Part shown: piece by piece, positions 39,233-52,832 of the stretch | Numbering within the stretch: the stretch's first letter is position 1 | Layout: each line of letters starts with the position of its first letter | Source of the DNA: Octopus vulgaris | Taxonomy: Eukaryota | Length of the DNA stretch: 64,000 bases | Direction: 5' to 3' | Assembly: GCA_951406725.2 (NCBI GenBank) | Contig: OX597820.1 | Span: forward strand, 100,874,001 to 100,938,000 | The notes under the pieces: model-generated | Databases searched by the model: none | What the model was told of the DNA's origin: nothing | Seen by the model: only the letters and a program-made list of their open reading frames with translations | Position numbers and translations under genes: made by a program

Positions 39233-40164
39233 TTGGTGGAAAGGGAGTAGGCATTAAAAATTGGTAATTAAATCCATATTCCTTTTACAAATTTATTGAA
39301 ACAAACGATATTTGTTCTTTATTACATGGGAAAATGAAAATAACTCTTCATATTTCAAAGTAAGCACCAGTGACATCAACCAGTTTCCTCAAACGGCCAG
39401 GGATGGAATGAACAGCTTTCTGAAGGATGTCATCTGGGATATCATTGAGAACCTCCTGAATCCATGACTCTAAGTCTTCCAGTGTGTGAGGTTTTGTTTT
39501 GTACACCTCTTTTGTGTAACCCCACAGGTAAAAATCACATGGAAATGAAATCTGAGCTTCTTGGTGGCAATTCATAAAGTCTGCATTGTCCCATCCAACT
39601 TCCTGGAAAATGTTGATCTAACCACACACACACAGTAAGAGCAAAATGGGATGGTGCACCATCCTGCATGAATATCAGGTCATCAATGTTATTGCAGCCA
39701 GACACCATGAGTCACACGTAATTTTCAAGCATTTGAAGATAGCCGTCTGTATTCATGTGTCACACAGAAGATATAGGCCAAGGACTCTTGTTGCTGGCAT
39801 TCTGCACTACACAGTCACTTTTGGTCGAGCCCATATCCTCTCAACCATCATGTTTGTATCCTTAATCATGCAACGCCCAATAATGGCAGTTGTGAAAATT
39901 GATGAAACCCCCAACATAGAATACAGTCTCATCACTCCAGAGGATGTTTTCAAACAATTCAGGCCAATCTCCATACCAACCTAGTACTAATTCTCCATGT
40001 TTCATTCTGTGGTCAAGCGACTGGCCATCTGGAAAATAAGACAATAAGAAAATAAAAAATTGTCATTAGTGTTGTCTGTTTGAAAAATGTTTCCATCATG
40101 ACTTCAGTGATACTAAAAATTCTATAAGCAATTTCTAATGCCTAGTCACTTTCCACCCACCCTG
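39233..40164 (-). mobile_element. Tc1/mariner-superfamily relic (DD41D/rosa-like)
   Basis: ILWSDETVFYVGGFINFHNCHYWA, PCDFYLWGYTK; TIRs ggtggaaagggagtaggcatt / aatgcctagtcactttccacc. Confidence 0.85.
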
Positions 40165-40165
<1 letters not shown>

Positions 40166-40196
<31 letters not shown>

Positions 40197-40668
40197 TGTA
40201 TGTATGTATGTATGTATGTATGTATGTATGTATGTATGTATGTATGTATGTATGTATGTATGAATGTATGTATGTATGTATGTATGTATGTATGTATGAA
40301 TGTATGTATGTATGTATGTATGTATGTTTGTATGTATGTATGTATGTATGTATGTATGAATGTATGTATGTATGTATGTATGTATGTTTGTATGTATGTA
40401 TGTATATATGTATGTAAGTATTTATGTATGTATGTATGTATGTATGTATGTATGTATGTATGAATGTATGTATGTATGTATGTATGTATGTATGTTTGTA
40501 TGTATGTATGTATATATGTATGTAAGTATTTATGTATGTATGTATGTATGTATGTATGTATGTATGTATGTATGTATGAATGTATGTATGTATGTATGTA
40601 TGTATGTATGTTTGTATGTATGTATGTATATATGTATGTAAGTATTTATGTATGTATGTATGTATGTA
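40166..40668. repeat. (TATG)n microsatellite with higher-order structure
   Basis: Variant block taagtattt recurs at ~40416, 40524, 40640. Confidence 0.95.
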
Positions 40669-40874
40669 TCATTGCAAATAGAGGGGTATATTTATTGAAT
40701 AATGCAGTGATGGACACTCACATACAGGATGTCAAGTCTCCATGTCAACAATACAATGATTGATGTTTGTAATCAATGGTAACTTGCAACAGATGAAGAA
40801 GTGATATGATCATTGACACACAAACTTAAAGTCCTGCATATGAGACTCAGTGATTGTATCGTTCAACATATATC

Positions 40875-41932
40875 ATCATCATCATCATCATCGCCTGCTT
40901 TCCATGCTGACTTGGGTTGGATGGTTTGACTGAGGACTGGCAAACCAGAAGGCTGTACCAGGTTCCAATCTGATTTGGTACGGTTTCTACAGCTTGATGC
41001 CGCTCCTCACGCCAACCACTCTAAGTGTGTAGTGGGTGCTTTTTACATGTCACCGGCATGAGGGCCAGTCAGGCGGTACTGGCATCAATCACTATGCTTG
41101 AATGGAGCTTTTTACATGCCACTAGCACAGGAGCCAGTCAGGCAGCTCTAGCAACGACCACGCTCGAATGGTGCTTTTTACATGCCACTGGCATGGGAGC
41201 CACTTAGGCGGTACTGGCAACAACAACACTTGAATGGTGCTTTTTATGTTCCACTGGCACAGGAGTCACTCAGTGGCACTGACAGTTATGGTCCCATTTG
41301 GCTTGCAGGGTCTTCTCAAGCACAGCATAACTCCAAAGGTCTTAATCACTTGTGATCACATCCGTTAGGCCTAACGTTCAAAGATCATGATTCATCACCC
41401 CATCCTAGGTCTTCCTGGGTCTACCTCTTCCACAGGTTCCCTCTACTGTTAGGGTGTGACACCTTTTCACACAACTGTCCTCTTCCATACACAACACACG
41501 ACCATACCAGTGCAGTCATCTCTCTTACACACTACATCTGATGCTTCTTATGTCCAACTTTTCTCTCAGAGTACTTAAACTCTGTGATGTATGCACACTG
41601 ACATTACACATCCAGCAGAGCTTACTAGCTTCGTTTCTTACAAGCTCACACATGTCCTCAGTAGTCACAGCCCGTGTTTCACTGCCATATAGTATGACTG
41701 TTCACACACATGCATCATACAGTTTACCTTTCACTCTGAGCAAGAAGCCCTTTGTCACCAATAGAGCTAGGAGCTCTCTGAACTTTACCCAGGCTATTCT
41801 TATTCTAGCAGCTACACTCTCAGTGCATCCACCCCCACTACTGACTTGGTCACCTAGGTAATGGAAGCTATCAACTACTTCTAGTTTTTCCCTCTGGCAT
41901 GAGATAGAAGCTGTTTCCTGCACATTTTCAGA
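40875..41932 (-). mobile_element. RTE LINE 3' portion (RT C-terminus, tandem-repeat UTR, (GAT)n tail)
   Basis: EKLEVVDSFHYLGDQVSSGGGCTESVAARIRIAWVKFRELL...KGKLYDACV. Confidence 0.9.
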
Positions 41933-42313
41933 GTTTATATATATATCAATTATTTTATATATATCAATTATCTTGCTTCAATGAGCTTCAGCTATAAGCA
42001 CATGAAATGTTCAGGCAAGTTGTGACTCAACTTGTCACTACTTGCCTGAAGAATTTGCATGCCTGCAGATGAAACTCAAAAAAGCATGAGACTGACTCAA
42101 CAAATAAAGCATCATTAATCTCTACCAAGGCACCGAGTATGCTTGTATTCAACAGTTAATATAACATTGAGAATAGGTGCAGACACACACACACATTATT
42201 TAAAACTGTTTCATATGGTTTATGTGCTACTTTAACCAAATCAAACTATTTTAAATAATACATATAATTCCTACTAAATGTATTGAGTGCCCTTTTCTTT
42301 CATTTTATCCACT

Positions 42314-42365
<52 letters not shown>

Positions 42366-42369
<4 letters not shown>

Positions 42370-42575
42370 ACCGCGTGTGCACCATTGGTGATTTTTTTTC
42401 CTCCGTCTTCCCTTCTTTGGATCTTTCCTTTTCCTATGTTTCTGACGAAGAGCTCTGCTCGAAACGTTAAACCCTCCTTCTTACCTTCCTTCCTGAGCGT
42501 CCAATAATACTATATTTGTTCCACGTCCTCGCGTTGTTGTGTTTTCTCTTTGTGTTTTCATGTTTGGATTAACTT
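42366..42575 (+). mobile_element. Family H short element in (TA)n
   Basis: Homologous to 4660 and 14459 copies. Confidence 0.75.
42438..42472 (+). ncRNA. Minimal type I hammerhead ribozyme (dimer-type)
   Basis: gttt CTGACGA a gagc tct gctc GAAA c gtt aaac; loopless palindromic stem III AACGTT; GUU site. Confidence 0.8.
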
Positions 42576-42576
42576 C

Positions 42577-42610
<34 letters not shown>

Positions 42611-42614
42611 GTAT

Positions 42615-43260
42615 CATCACCATCTTCATCACTATCATTTAATGTCCATCTTCCATGCATGCATGGGTAGGATGGTTGAGAGGAGCTTGCCAGGTAAAAA
42701 ATCTACCCAAGGGTTCTGTGTCTATCTTGGCAGGGATTTTACGGCTGGATGCTCTTCCTAACACCAACCACTCCACAGAGTGGACTCAGTGCTTTTTACA
42801 TAGCACTAGCACAGGCGAAGTTAGTTTTGGCAAGATTTTTACAGCTGGATGCCTTTCCAGATGCCAGTGTAGATTGGATGCTTTTAATGTAGCACCAGCA
42901 CTAGCAGGGAACCAAGTAACTCACATGACAAGAAAATATGAAAAGGGTAGGGCATTTGTATGAGAGGATGAAAGTTAGAATGTGAGAAAGAGACAGAAGC
43001 AGGCGTCTTACCACAACAGAGGGAGCATTAAAGGAGGAGGTCTAGTATCAAATGCTGAAAGGTTAGAGTGTAACAGAGAAATAGGGAAGCAGAAATAGGT
43101 GTCTTGCTATAGAGTAGGTACATGGTTACCCAGTGAGAGAGAGAGAGGGGGAGATAGAGACAGAGGAGATAGAGAGTGAGAGAGAAGTACAGAAAGAGGC
43201 CATAAAGGGTGCTGATGTAAATGTGATACTTGGTTACTTAATCAGAGGAAAAACAAGAGA

Positions 43261-43304
<44 letters not shown>

Positions 43305-44860
43305 AAAGGAAAAGAGAGAGAGAATAGGAAACAGTAAAAGTGTAAAAGAGAACAGAAAAGAGATGGTGTAGTGCTAGGGTAACAAGAATATGTGTGTGGA
43401 ACCTGATTAGAAAAATAGGGAGTGGCTGTGGGTGGTGGTGGTGGTGGTAGATGTGGGGAGCAGTGATACAGTGAGCATGGCTGTGAGGGCAGGAAAGGAG
43501 ATTGGAAAACAATCATAATGTATGAGGAGGAAATGTGAAAAAGAGAAAGATGGAATTAGAAGAGGAGTCGTAGTTTGATTTCTCAGGGTAGAGTGGGTGC
43601 AAAGTGTATTGTTACATGTGGGTGAGACACAACACTTCTAGCACTCAGTTTCATTGATGAATCTTCCCAAAGATCTCATATTGCCAAACATCTTGGTCTA
43701 CTGTCATTTCCTCAGTGAGCCCCAACATCCTAAGGTCAGTCTTCACCACTTCCTGGGTCTCCCTCTTCCACAGTTCCATCCGTTTTCGGCACCAGGCACT
43801 TCTGTATACAGCTGTCTTCACTCATACGATGGATGTTGTTTAACTTGCCCATTGAAGTTGCTAGCCACAAAGAGAAGGTCCCTGTCATTTGTTGACAAGG
43901 TAGTCTGCAAGAAGGTGCCATAAAATCAGTCTTTCTGTTCATTAGGTAGGCCTGGCTGAGATTGCTATTCCATGTTACAACACTAGTCTAAGCTTAAGTA
44001 TTCTGTCACAGATTCTGACTACCTCGATTACCTTAACCCATTTCTCAGCAAGGAGTATACCCACATCCTCAACCCCATCACTGCTCCCTACCCGAAGATC
44101 TTATACCTATGTTCTTTGCCTGTGTGGAATCTAGAGGAAACCCCTCTCCACCTTACTTCTTGGATGCAACACAAATCTACACGTCCCCATTCAAGCATCC
44201 CAACAGTCTCACCAGACCTACCTTTCAATGTGCCAACATTAAGTGTACCAGCTCTGAGGGTGTGAGCTGGCGAGACCCAGGGATGGAGATGGGGTACAGC
44301 ATTTTGCATCTGAAAAGAAAGCTTGCATGTGCATTTGGTAGACATCGTAAGCGTACATATGCTTTGAACCTACATACATTTCACTATCATTTTATTCACT
44401 TCACATTCACTACATTTACCAGGAGAAAAAACACTAGATAGGGATGGAGGAAAAGGGAAAGGGGAGGGGACAGCGTTCTGTATAAGTGACCATTAGAGGT
44501 ACTAGGGGAAAGGCTTCCGTTAGAGGTTAGAAAGTAGTATTTCCAGGGTGACAGCTTGCCATACAGGTAACCATTAGAGGTGTTAGAAGAAAGGCTTTCA
44601 GTAGTGGTTAGAAAAGAAAGACTTCTGGGGGTGGGAGCAGCTTGTCATACAGGTAACCATTAGGAATGGTAGGAGAAAAAGCTTCTGGTAGAGGACAGAA
44701 GAAAAGGGAGTGGGGGAACAGCTTGTCATATGGGTAACTAATACAGGTGCTAAGAGGGCAATGAAGCATTGTGTTTGCTCTTGTCCAGCTAAAGGTTAAG
44801 GTTAGATTTTGTCCAGCTAAAGGCTAAGGGCAGCTCTTGTCCAGCTAAAAGCTAAGGGTG
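42615..44860 (-). mobile_element. Internally deleted RTE LINE (putative 5' UTR repeats, endonuclease start, C-terminus, 3' tail)
   Basis: TLRAGTLNVGTLKGRSGE...VDLCCIQEVRWRG at 44100-44260; junction near 43840 to ORF end; tail at 42615. Confidence 0.75.
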
Positions 44861-44974
44861 AAATAACATAGTCATGAATTTTTGAAAATTATAGACAATA
44901 TATATATATATATATATATATATACTAAATTTTATATACATAAATACATACATACATATATACTTACAAATACA

Positions 44975-45195
44975 TCATCATCATAATCATCATCGTTTAA
45001 CGTCCATTTTCCATGCTAGGATGGGTTGGATGGTTCACCGGGGTTTGGGAAGCCAGGAGGCTGCACCAGGCTCCAGCCTGATCTAGCAGTGTTTCTACAG
45101 CTGGATGCCCTTCCTAATGCCAACCACTCCATGAGTTTGCTGGGTGCTTTTTTCGGTCACAGGGGCCAGAAGAGGCTGGCAACGGTCATGATCAA
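44975..45195 (-). mobile_element. RTE 3' tail
   Basis: catcgtttaacgtcc...ctggatgcccttcctaa. Confidence 0.8.
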
Positions 45196-45233
45196 TTGGT
45201 AATATATAAATTTTCAGGAATTAGGGACAGTAG

Positions 45234-45310
<77 letters not shown>

Positions 45311-45529
45311 CATATAAAAGTAAATAAATGGTACAATGAGGTACCGATATTTACTGTACATACACATATAAATACACATGTACATACATACAAATACACA
45401 CATACATAAATACATGCATACATACCTACTTATGTATATACATAAATACATACATAAGTATATACATAAATACGTACATCCTTATATACACACAAATAAA
45501 TACACACATACATACATATATATATTCTT

Positions 45530-45905
45530 TTATTCTTTTACTTGGTTCTGTAATTTGACTGCAGCCATGCTGGAGTACAGCCTTTAGTCGAACAAATCGA
45601 CTCCAGGAATTATTCTTTGTAAGTCTAGTACTTATTCTATTGGTCTCTTTTGCTACACCACTAGGTTATGGAGATATAGACACACCAACATTGGTTGTTA
45701 AGTGATGAGGGAGGGACAAACACAAACTTGCAAACTCAAACACACACACACACACACACAACAGTCTTCTTTCAGTTTCATCTACCAAATCCACTCACAT
45801 GGCTTTGATCAGCTCGAGACTATAATAGAAAACACTTGCCCAAGGTGCCATGCAGTGGGACTGAACCCGGAACCATGTGATTGGGAAGCAAGCTTCTTAC
45901 CACAG
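45530..45905 (-). mobile_element. SINE family A
   Basis: Similarity to other copies. Confidence 0.85.
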
Positions 45906-46154
45906 ATAATAAGTGCATAGATTTAATGATAATTATAATAAATGATGAAATACTATAGGTATGAAACAAGTGCAATGTGAAATGGGGATTAGGTTTTTGC
46001 TAAGTTGAAACACGAGATCGCATATCTGAACATGTCTTTGCAGCTTCACTCTGTGAGGTAAGGCGAGGATGTATATACATATACATATACATATATATAA
46101 TTAATAATATCAGGGTAATAAAGATTTTTAGAAATTTTTACTACCAGTGGCCTA

Positions 46155-46585
46155 GCATCATCATCATCATTATCATTGTTTAGCATCCGCTTTCCATGCT
46201 AGCATGGGTTGGATGGTTCAACTGGGGTCTGGGAAGCCAGAAGGCTGCACCAGGCCCAGTCTGATCTGGCAATGTTTCTACGGCTGGATGCCCTTCCTAA
46301 CGCCAACCACTCCGTGAGTGTAGTGGGGGCTTTTTACGTGCCACCGGCACAGGTGCCAGACGAGGCTGGCAAGCGACTACGATCGGATGGTGCTTTTTAT
46401 GTGCCACCAGCACGGGGGTCAGGCGAGGCTAGCAATGGCCACGATCGGATGGTGCTTTTTATGTGCCACTGGCACAAGGCCAGTCGGGGCAGTGCTGGCA
46501 ACAGCCACGTTCGGATGGTTCTCTTACGTACCACCGGCACTGGTATCACAGCTGCAATTTCCATTGATGTTGATCGATTTCGATT
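46155..46585 (-). mobile_element. RTE 3' tail with ~60 bp tandem subrepeats
   Basis: Repeated ggtgctttttatgtgccac units. Confidence 0.8.
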
Positions 46586-46676
46586 TAGAAAAGCGTATAG
46601 AAAAATTAGTCAATAGATTATATATTATTCATATAAAATACAGTGTACATTTATATGTACACTGTATTTTATAAAC

Positions 46677-46707
<31 letters not shown>

Positions 46708-47129
46708 CACACACACACACATATATGCACACACACACATATATACACTTATACATATATATATACACACATACATATATATATATACATGTATATGTGA
46801 GTGTATGTGTGTGAGTGTGTGTGTGTGTCTGTGTGTGTGAGTGCATGTGTGTGAGTGTATAGTTTGTAATTGTATTTGGTTTGCAAGATTCTTGATGTGA
46901 ATTTATGTTAAAAGAAATACTGTTGAACCTTGGGAGGGGCATTATTGACCAAAGTGTTTAACATATAAGTTACAAAAACTAGTGAAAGAAAACAGTGTAA
47001 TTCTAGAGAGGCATGGATATCTTTAGAATGTCTTGATACAAGCATAACATGAAACTTCAAAATATGTTTCAGCTCCCATGCCAAATTTATTACATTGAGT
47101 GATGTTTGTGAAACTTCTGATAATAGCTG

Positions 47130-48915
47130 TTTCTATGAAATCTGGTAGAATCTTTGGAACATCAGGCAAAATGCTTAGCACCATTTTTCTGGCTTTTACA
47201 TTCTGAGTTTCAGTTTCATTAAGGGTAGCTTTATCTTTCATCCATTTAGTGTCAATGAAATAAAGAACCACTCAGGAACTGATGTCAAAGTAATCAACAA
47301 TCACCCTCTCTCTATAACAGCTGACCTTGAGCAAAAATTATTATTATTACTGTTGTTGTTGTTGTTGTTGTTATTATTATTTAAGGGAAAGCAGTGAGCT
47401 GGCAGAAGTGTTAGTGTGCTGGACTAAATGCTTAGTAGTAGTTCGCCTGTCGCTACGTTCTGAGTTAAAATTCCGCCAAGGTCGACTTTGCCGTTCATCC
47501 TTTCATGATCAATGATATAAGTACAGTTATGCACAGTTATGGAGTTGATGAAATCAACTATCCACCTTTCCACAAATTGCAGGACTTGCGCCTATAGTAG
47601 AAAGGTTTATTATCATTTAAGTTGGTGAACTGGCAGGATCGTTAGTACGCCAAGAAAAACACTTAATGGCATTTGGTTCATCTTTAGGTTCTGAGTTCAA
47701 ATTCCACTAAGATCAATAATGCCACGGCTTGCATTATTTTTCATCCTTTTGGGGTTGATGATCAAATAAGTACCAGCCATGTAATCAACTTATCCCCCAC
47801 CCCAAAATGGCTAACCTTGTACCAAGTTTTAAAATTATTATTATTATTATTATTGTTGTTGTTGTTGTTTTTGTTAAGGTGGTGAGTTGACAGAACTGTT
47901 AACATGTTGGGCAAAATGCTTAGCAATATTCATCCACCTTTACATTCCATATTCAAATTCCTCCAAGGTCAACTTTGCTTTTCATCCTTTCAGGGTTGAT
48001 AAAAAGAGTACCTGTTGAGCACTGAGGTCAATGTAATCAACTTAATTCCTCCCCCGAAATTGCTGGCCTTGTGCCAAAATTTGAAATTATTATTACCTCT
48101 GCCTTGGCGAAGGCAGAGGTATTGCTTTCATTTGTGTTCGCTTGTTTGTTTATCCGTGGAGAAGATATCTCAAGAACCACTAGATGGATTCAAATGAAAC
48201 TTTCAGGAATGTTTGGCCTCATGACTGGCACAAACTGATTAGAATTTGGGATTGATCCAATACTGGACAAGGATCCTGGATTATTTGTTATATTTACTTC
48301 ACTTTACATAATTACGATCTTATATTAACCATCAAGTTTTTCTCAATTATCTCCCAATAGGCTGTAACTATTTTGAATGGTAAATTTGTTAATTTTAGCT
48401 TGTATTAGATAATGATAAACTATTTATTACTGTTACTAACAGCCACCTTCACATTCCATGATTACCATTGGGACCAATCAAATACCAGACAAGGATTCTG
48501 GATTATTTTTCTGATTTTTTTACTTAATTTTTGAGAGCAGTGAGGTTCGTTTTCCGTATTCTCATTTGTGAGAGCAGTCGAGTTTATTTCAGATATTCAC
48601 ATTTTAAAAATCATCTCTGGTTAATTGCTGAGAGGATGTTGGTGTTGCCATGGTGGAGATTTGCACTCTCCGAGTGCTCTTGTTATTGTTGTTGTTGTTT
48701 AGGTGGCTACCTGGAAAAACTGTTAGCATGTTGGGCAAAATGCTTAGGAGTATTTGGTCAATCTTTATGTTCTAAGTTCAAATTCTTCCAAGAGCGACTT
48801 TGCCTTTCATCTTTTGGGAATCAATAAAATAAGTACCATTTGAGAACTAAGATCAATGTAATCAACTCACTACTTTCCCCTGAAATTGTTGGCCTTGAAC
48901 CAAAATTTGAAATGA
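47130..48915 (+). mobile_element. Cluster of five co-oriented SINE family B copies
   Basis: Heads at ~47140, 47385, 47618, 47876, 48700. Confidence 0.8.
48090..48685 (+). mobile_element. Helentron-associated HINE/DINE-1-like element
   Basis: 5' acctctgccttggcgaaggcagaggt hairpin; 3' ggtggagat then stem-loop gcactctccgagtgc; T-rich flanks. Confidence 0.72.
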
Positions 48916-48969
48916 TTATTATTATTGTTGTTCATGTTGTTGCTATATCATGTATGTGTGTATATTAAT

Positions 48970-49250
48970 GTTATCGTCACCGACCAGGCTATCAGATGTT
49001 GCTACACATCGCTGTTCACAATGCACTTTGCATTGTTTTAGCCTTCAAATGACGCCACCCTGCTGGCTAAGTGAGCAGGCCAACAGAAGAAAGAGTGAGA
49101 GAAAGTTGTGGCGAAAGAGTACAGCAGGGATCGCCACCACCCACTGCCGGAGCTTCGTGGAGCTTTAGGTGTAAACACACAACGCCCGGTCTGGGAATCG
49201 AAACCGCGATTCTATGACCGCGAGTCCACTGCCCTAACCACTGGGCCATT
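48970..49250 (-). mobile_element. tRNA-derived SINE (family D)
   Basis: Minus head tggcccagtggttagggcagtggactcgcggtc...gtttcgattccc (A and B boxes). Confidence 0.78.
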
Positions 49251-49950
49251 AATGTACATATGCTTATGTGTAAAAGTATAAATATATATACCTTTTCACA
49301 CATGTACACATATGCTTGCATGTAATTGTATATATTTGATGTGCATATACATTCAGCATATGCACATGTGTATCCATACATGTTTACATGTATATGTATA
49401 AGTATCTGTGCTTACACATGTTAATCTATATATTTACACATTCACACATATATCTGAATAAACTCACCTATGCATTCACACATAGATATTCATAAAAGTC
49501 AACAGAATTACATGTATTTTTTAAAATTTTATACTGCTATATCTACATTTCTATATTTCCATATTCCCATTTTCCTATAATCCCAGGAGATTTCCTCATT
49601 ATCTGTGATCATAAGAATTATCTAACACTTATTATATAATAGTTGTATTTGTACAACAATTTTTATACAAATTTCATACACCTAACATTTATATATTTAT
49701 TCATTTATTAAGCTATTCTAGTTATCAAATTTTTATTCAGCTTTTTTTTTAATCCTTAACCAGTTTTTAAATAATTAATTGTTTACATCTTATATATTTT
49801 ATATATATATCTATATAGATATACAGTGATTAGAAACTCAAGTAGTTTTATATTTATATATTTATGCATTTGTTGCATTTTTGTATTTAGATTGTTTGTG
49901 TTTTACACATTCATATCTATATCATTTTTGTGCATTTACTGTTCATGTAC

Positions 49951-50290
49951 AGGCGCATGGCTCAGTGGTTAGAGCGTTGAGCTTACGATCGTGAGGTTGT
50001 GAGCTCGAATCCCGGACCGGGCTGCGTGTTGTGTTCTTGAGCAAGACACTTTATTTCACGTTGCTCCAGTTCACTCAGCTGTAGAAATGAGTTGCGATGT
50101 CACGAGTGCCAAGCTGTATCGGCCTTTGCCTTTCCCTTGGATAACACTGGTGGCGTGGAGAGGGAGGCCGGTATGCATGGGCGACTGCTGGTCTTCCATA
50201 AACAACCATGCCCAGACTTGTGACTAGGAGGGTAACTTTCTAGGTGCAATCCCATGGTCAGTGTCGTGACCGAAGGGGGTTCCGGATCCC
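49951..50290 (+). mobile_element. tRNA-derived CORE-like SINE
   Basis: tggctcagtggttagagc A box, gctcgaatccc B box, gttcttgagcaagacactt core. Confidence 0.8.
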
Positions 50291-50909
50291 GGACAGGAAC
50301 CCACATTTGCAAAAATATATATTGCATAATTGTGCGTGTGTACACACACAAACACATGCACGCGTGCACGCACACACACATACACACACACACACACACA
50401 TATGCTATGTGTATAAAACATGTGTAATAGGTGCTTTTATGTGCCACGGGCACAAGTGCCATTTGTGTGACACTGGTATCTGCCACAACTTCAGTTTTGG
50501 TCAATGGACTTGGTCATTGCCTCTGTAAGGCCCAATGCTTGAAGCCCAGCATAATGCCAAATGGTCTCAGTCCTTGCCTCTGTGAGTCCCAATGCTTAAA
50601 AGGTGCTTTTACATGCCACTGGCACAGGTGCCTTTTGCATGACACCAGTATCTGCCATGACTGCAATTTTACTTGGCTTGATGGGTCTTCTTCTCAAGCA
50701 CAACATAATGCCAAAGGTCTCGGTCATTGCCTCTGTGAGGTCTAACATTTGATTTGCCTCTGTGAGGCTCAACACTTGAAAGGTGCTTTTTCTGTGCCAC
50801 TGGTACGGGTGCCAGTTACATGACACCAGTATCAGCCACAACTACAATTTCACTTGGCTTGATGGGTCACCTCAATCACAACATATTTCCAAAGTTCTTG
50901 GCTACTAGT

Positions 50910-51530
50910 CATTGCAGCAAGTATATTGTTCTTTGAAAGCGCACTACCCAGCATTAATCAGTCAAAGATGTGCACTCCTACAGTATAATGTTCCAGCACA
51001 CACTGCCAATGCGGCCAAGTACAAATTGGAGGAACTTGAGGTGTTGGATGTGCTGTCTCACTCTGCCTACAGTCCAGACCTTTCACCATTAGATTACTAC
51101 CTTTTCTTAGCCATGGCTCATTTCCTGCATAGATGAAGGTTCAACAATGTAGATGAGGTTGAAAATGGGTGCAGGAATTTCTTTGCCTCTAAACCAGCCA
51201 AATGGTATAAGCACAGAAGGCAGCGAGCTGGCAGAAACGTTAGCACGCCGGGCGAAATGCTTAGCGGTATTTCGTCTGCATTACGTTCTGAGTTCGAATT
51301 CCGACGAGGTCGACTTTGCCTTTCATCCTTTCGGGGTCGATAAATTAAGTACCAGTTACGCACTGGGGTCGATGTAATCGACTTAATACCTATGTCTGTC
51401 CTTGTTTGTCCCCTCTGTGTTTAGCCCCTTGTGGGTAATAAAGAAATAGGTATAAGCACAGAATCGAGCTTCTGACACAATGAGAGCAATAGACAATAGA
51501 ATAATGATGGGATATATTTTGATGAATAAA
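50910..51530 (+). mobile_element. mariner catalytic-domain relic
   Basis: LLQYNVPAHTA...LSHSAYSPDLSPLDYYLFLAMAHFL. Confidence 0.88.
51219..51448 (+). mobile_element. Young SINE family B with 15 bp TSD, inserted in mariner
   Basis: ggtataagcacagaa at 51204-51218 and 51449-51463. Confidence 0.92.
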
Positions 51531-51567
51531 CACTTTTCATATTTAATTTGTTTGAATTTTTAATTAA

Positions 51568-51788
51568 CCCTTTCGTTACCGTATTTATTTTGAGATGCTC
51601 TGTGTTTCTTTCAATTACTTTAAATATAACAAAGAATTTAGTAAAATAACTTAGTTATCATTCAGCTAGTGTTAGGGACATGAATTGTGACTAAGGCTTG
51701 GTGGAAGATTTTAATTCAGAATGTATGAAAACAAGACCTTTGTACTACAGAGCCAGAGGCGGTTTCAGCCGGGTTGGTAACGAAAGGG
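51568..51788 (+). mobile_element. piggyBac-like MITE
   Basis: ccctttcgttacc / ggtaacgaaaggg TIRs, left TTAA. Confidence 0.85.
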
Positions 51789-52519
51789 TTTAAGCTTAAA
51801 ATCCAGAAACAGACTGTTGACTCAACCTAGTGTATATAGTATGCTGTTCCATTATTGATGGGATTAACAATAAAAGTACTTCATCCAATGACTGACAAAT
51901 ATCATTTAATATGTACAGGATTTAAATGTGAGCTGCCATAAGTTTCATGCCTGTAATAATACAACTGATGGATGAGTTTATATAGCATGGTGTGTACTAT
52001 CAAGCAATCATTCAAACTCAGTGATTGCTTCATACTACACAGTATGCTATACAAAGCTCATCTTCTTTTTTTTTTCTTGAAGGAGTTAGGATATGATTTG
52101 TAAGAGATTTAGTTGTTATTTCTTGCAAGCCATACAGCTGTATAGAAGCACACTTGTTGGTGGGTTCTGTTGATGTTTCATGCATAAATTCTCTTTTTTA
52201 TGTGTGCTTTCTAATATTTTGCCAATTTAAACAATATTATAATACAAAAATATAATTTTGATCTGAAATTTTTCTAGTTTGAAAATTAATTTGAAAATCA
52301 AAAACCAAAAAAAAATGATTAAAAATAATAATAGTAGAAGCATTTTAAGATACAAATTGATTGGCACATGCAAAATTCAAATTAAGGTGGAATAATCACT
52401 TCTTAATGTAAAAGAGAAATAAAAAAAAAAACAGAAAACAACAACAATAACAAGAGCAACAAAAGCACCTGCAGGAAATGTAGTAATTATTATTGTTATT
52501 GTTTAAGCTCAGGGCAGAT

Positions 52520-52546
52520 TGTAGTAGTAGCAGTAGTAGTAGTAGC

Positions 52547-52596
<50 letters not shown>

Positions 52597-52832
52597 CAGC
52601 AGCAGTAGTAGTAGTAGTAGTAGTGTTGGTGGTGGTGGTGGTTGTGGTGGTGGCAGCAGTGGTGGTGGTAGTGGTGGTTGATGGTGGCAGCGGCGGCAGC
52701 AGTGGCATGGGAATTGGTGGTGGTGGTGGTGGTGGTTGTGGTGGTGGCAGCAGTGGTGGCGGTGGTGGTGTTGGTGGTGGCAGCAGTGGTGGGGGAAGTG
52801 GTGGTGTTGGTGGTGGTGGTGGTGGCAGCAGG
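52520..52832. repeat. (AGT)n/(GGT)n microsatellite
   Basis: Direct reading. Confidence 0.95.

Noticed and set aside
46320-46545. Regularly spaced ~60 bp repeats resembling an array (also 41030-41280, 50430-50900)
   Set aside because: Whole units are homologous tandem repeats of the RTE 3' UTR with no unique spacers; not CRISPR
49951-50025. tRNA-like sequence (also ~49180-49250 and 27157-27230)
   Set aside because: SINE heads continuing into SINE bodies; no complete cloverleaf
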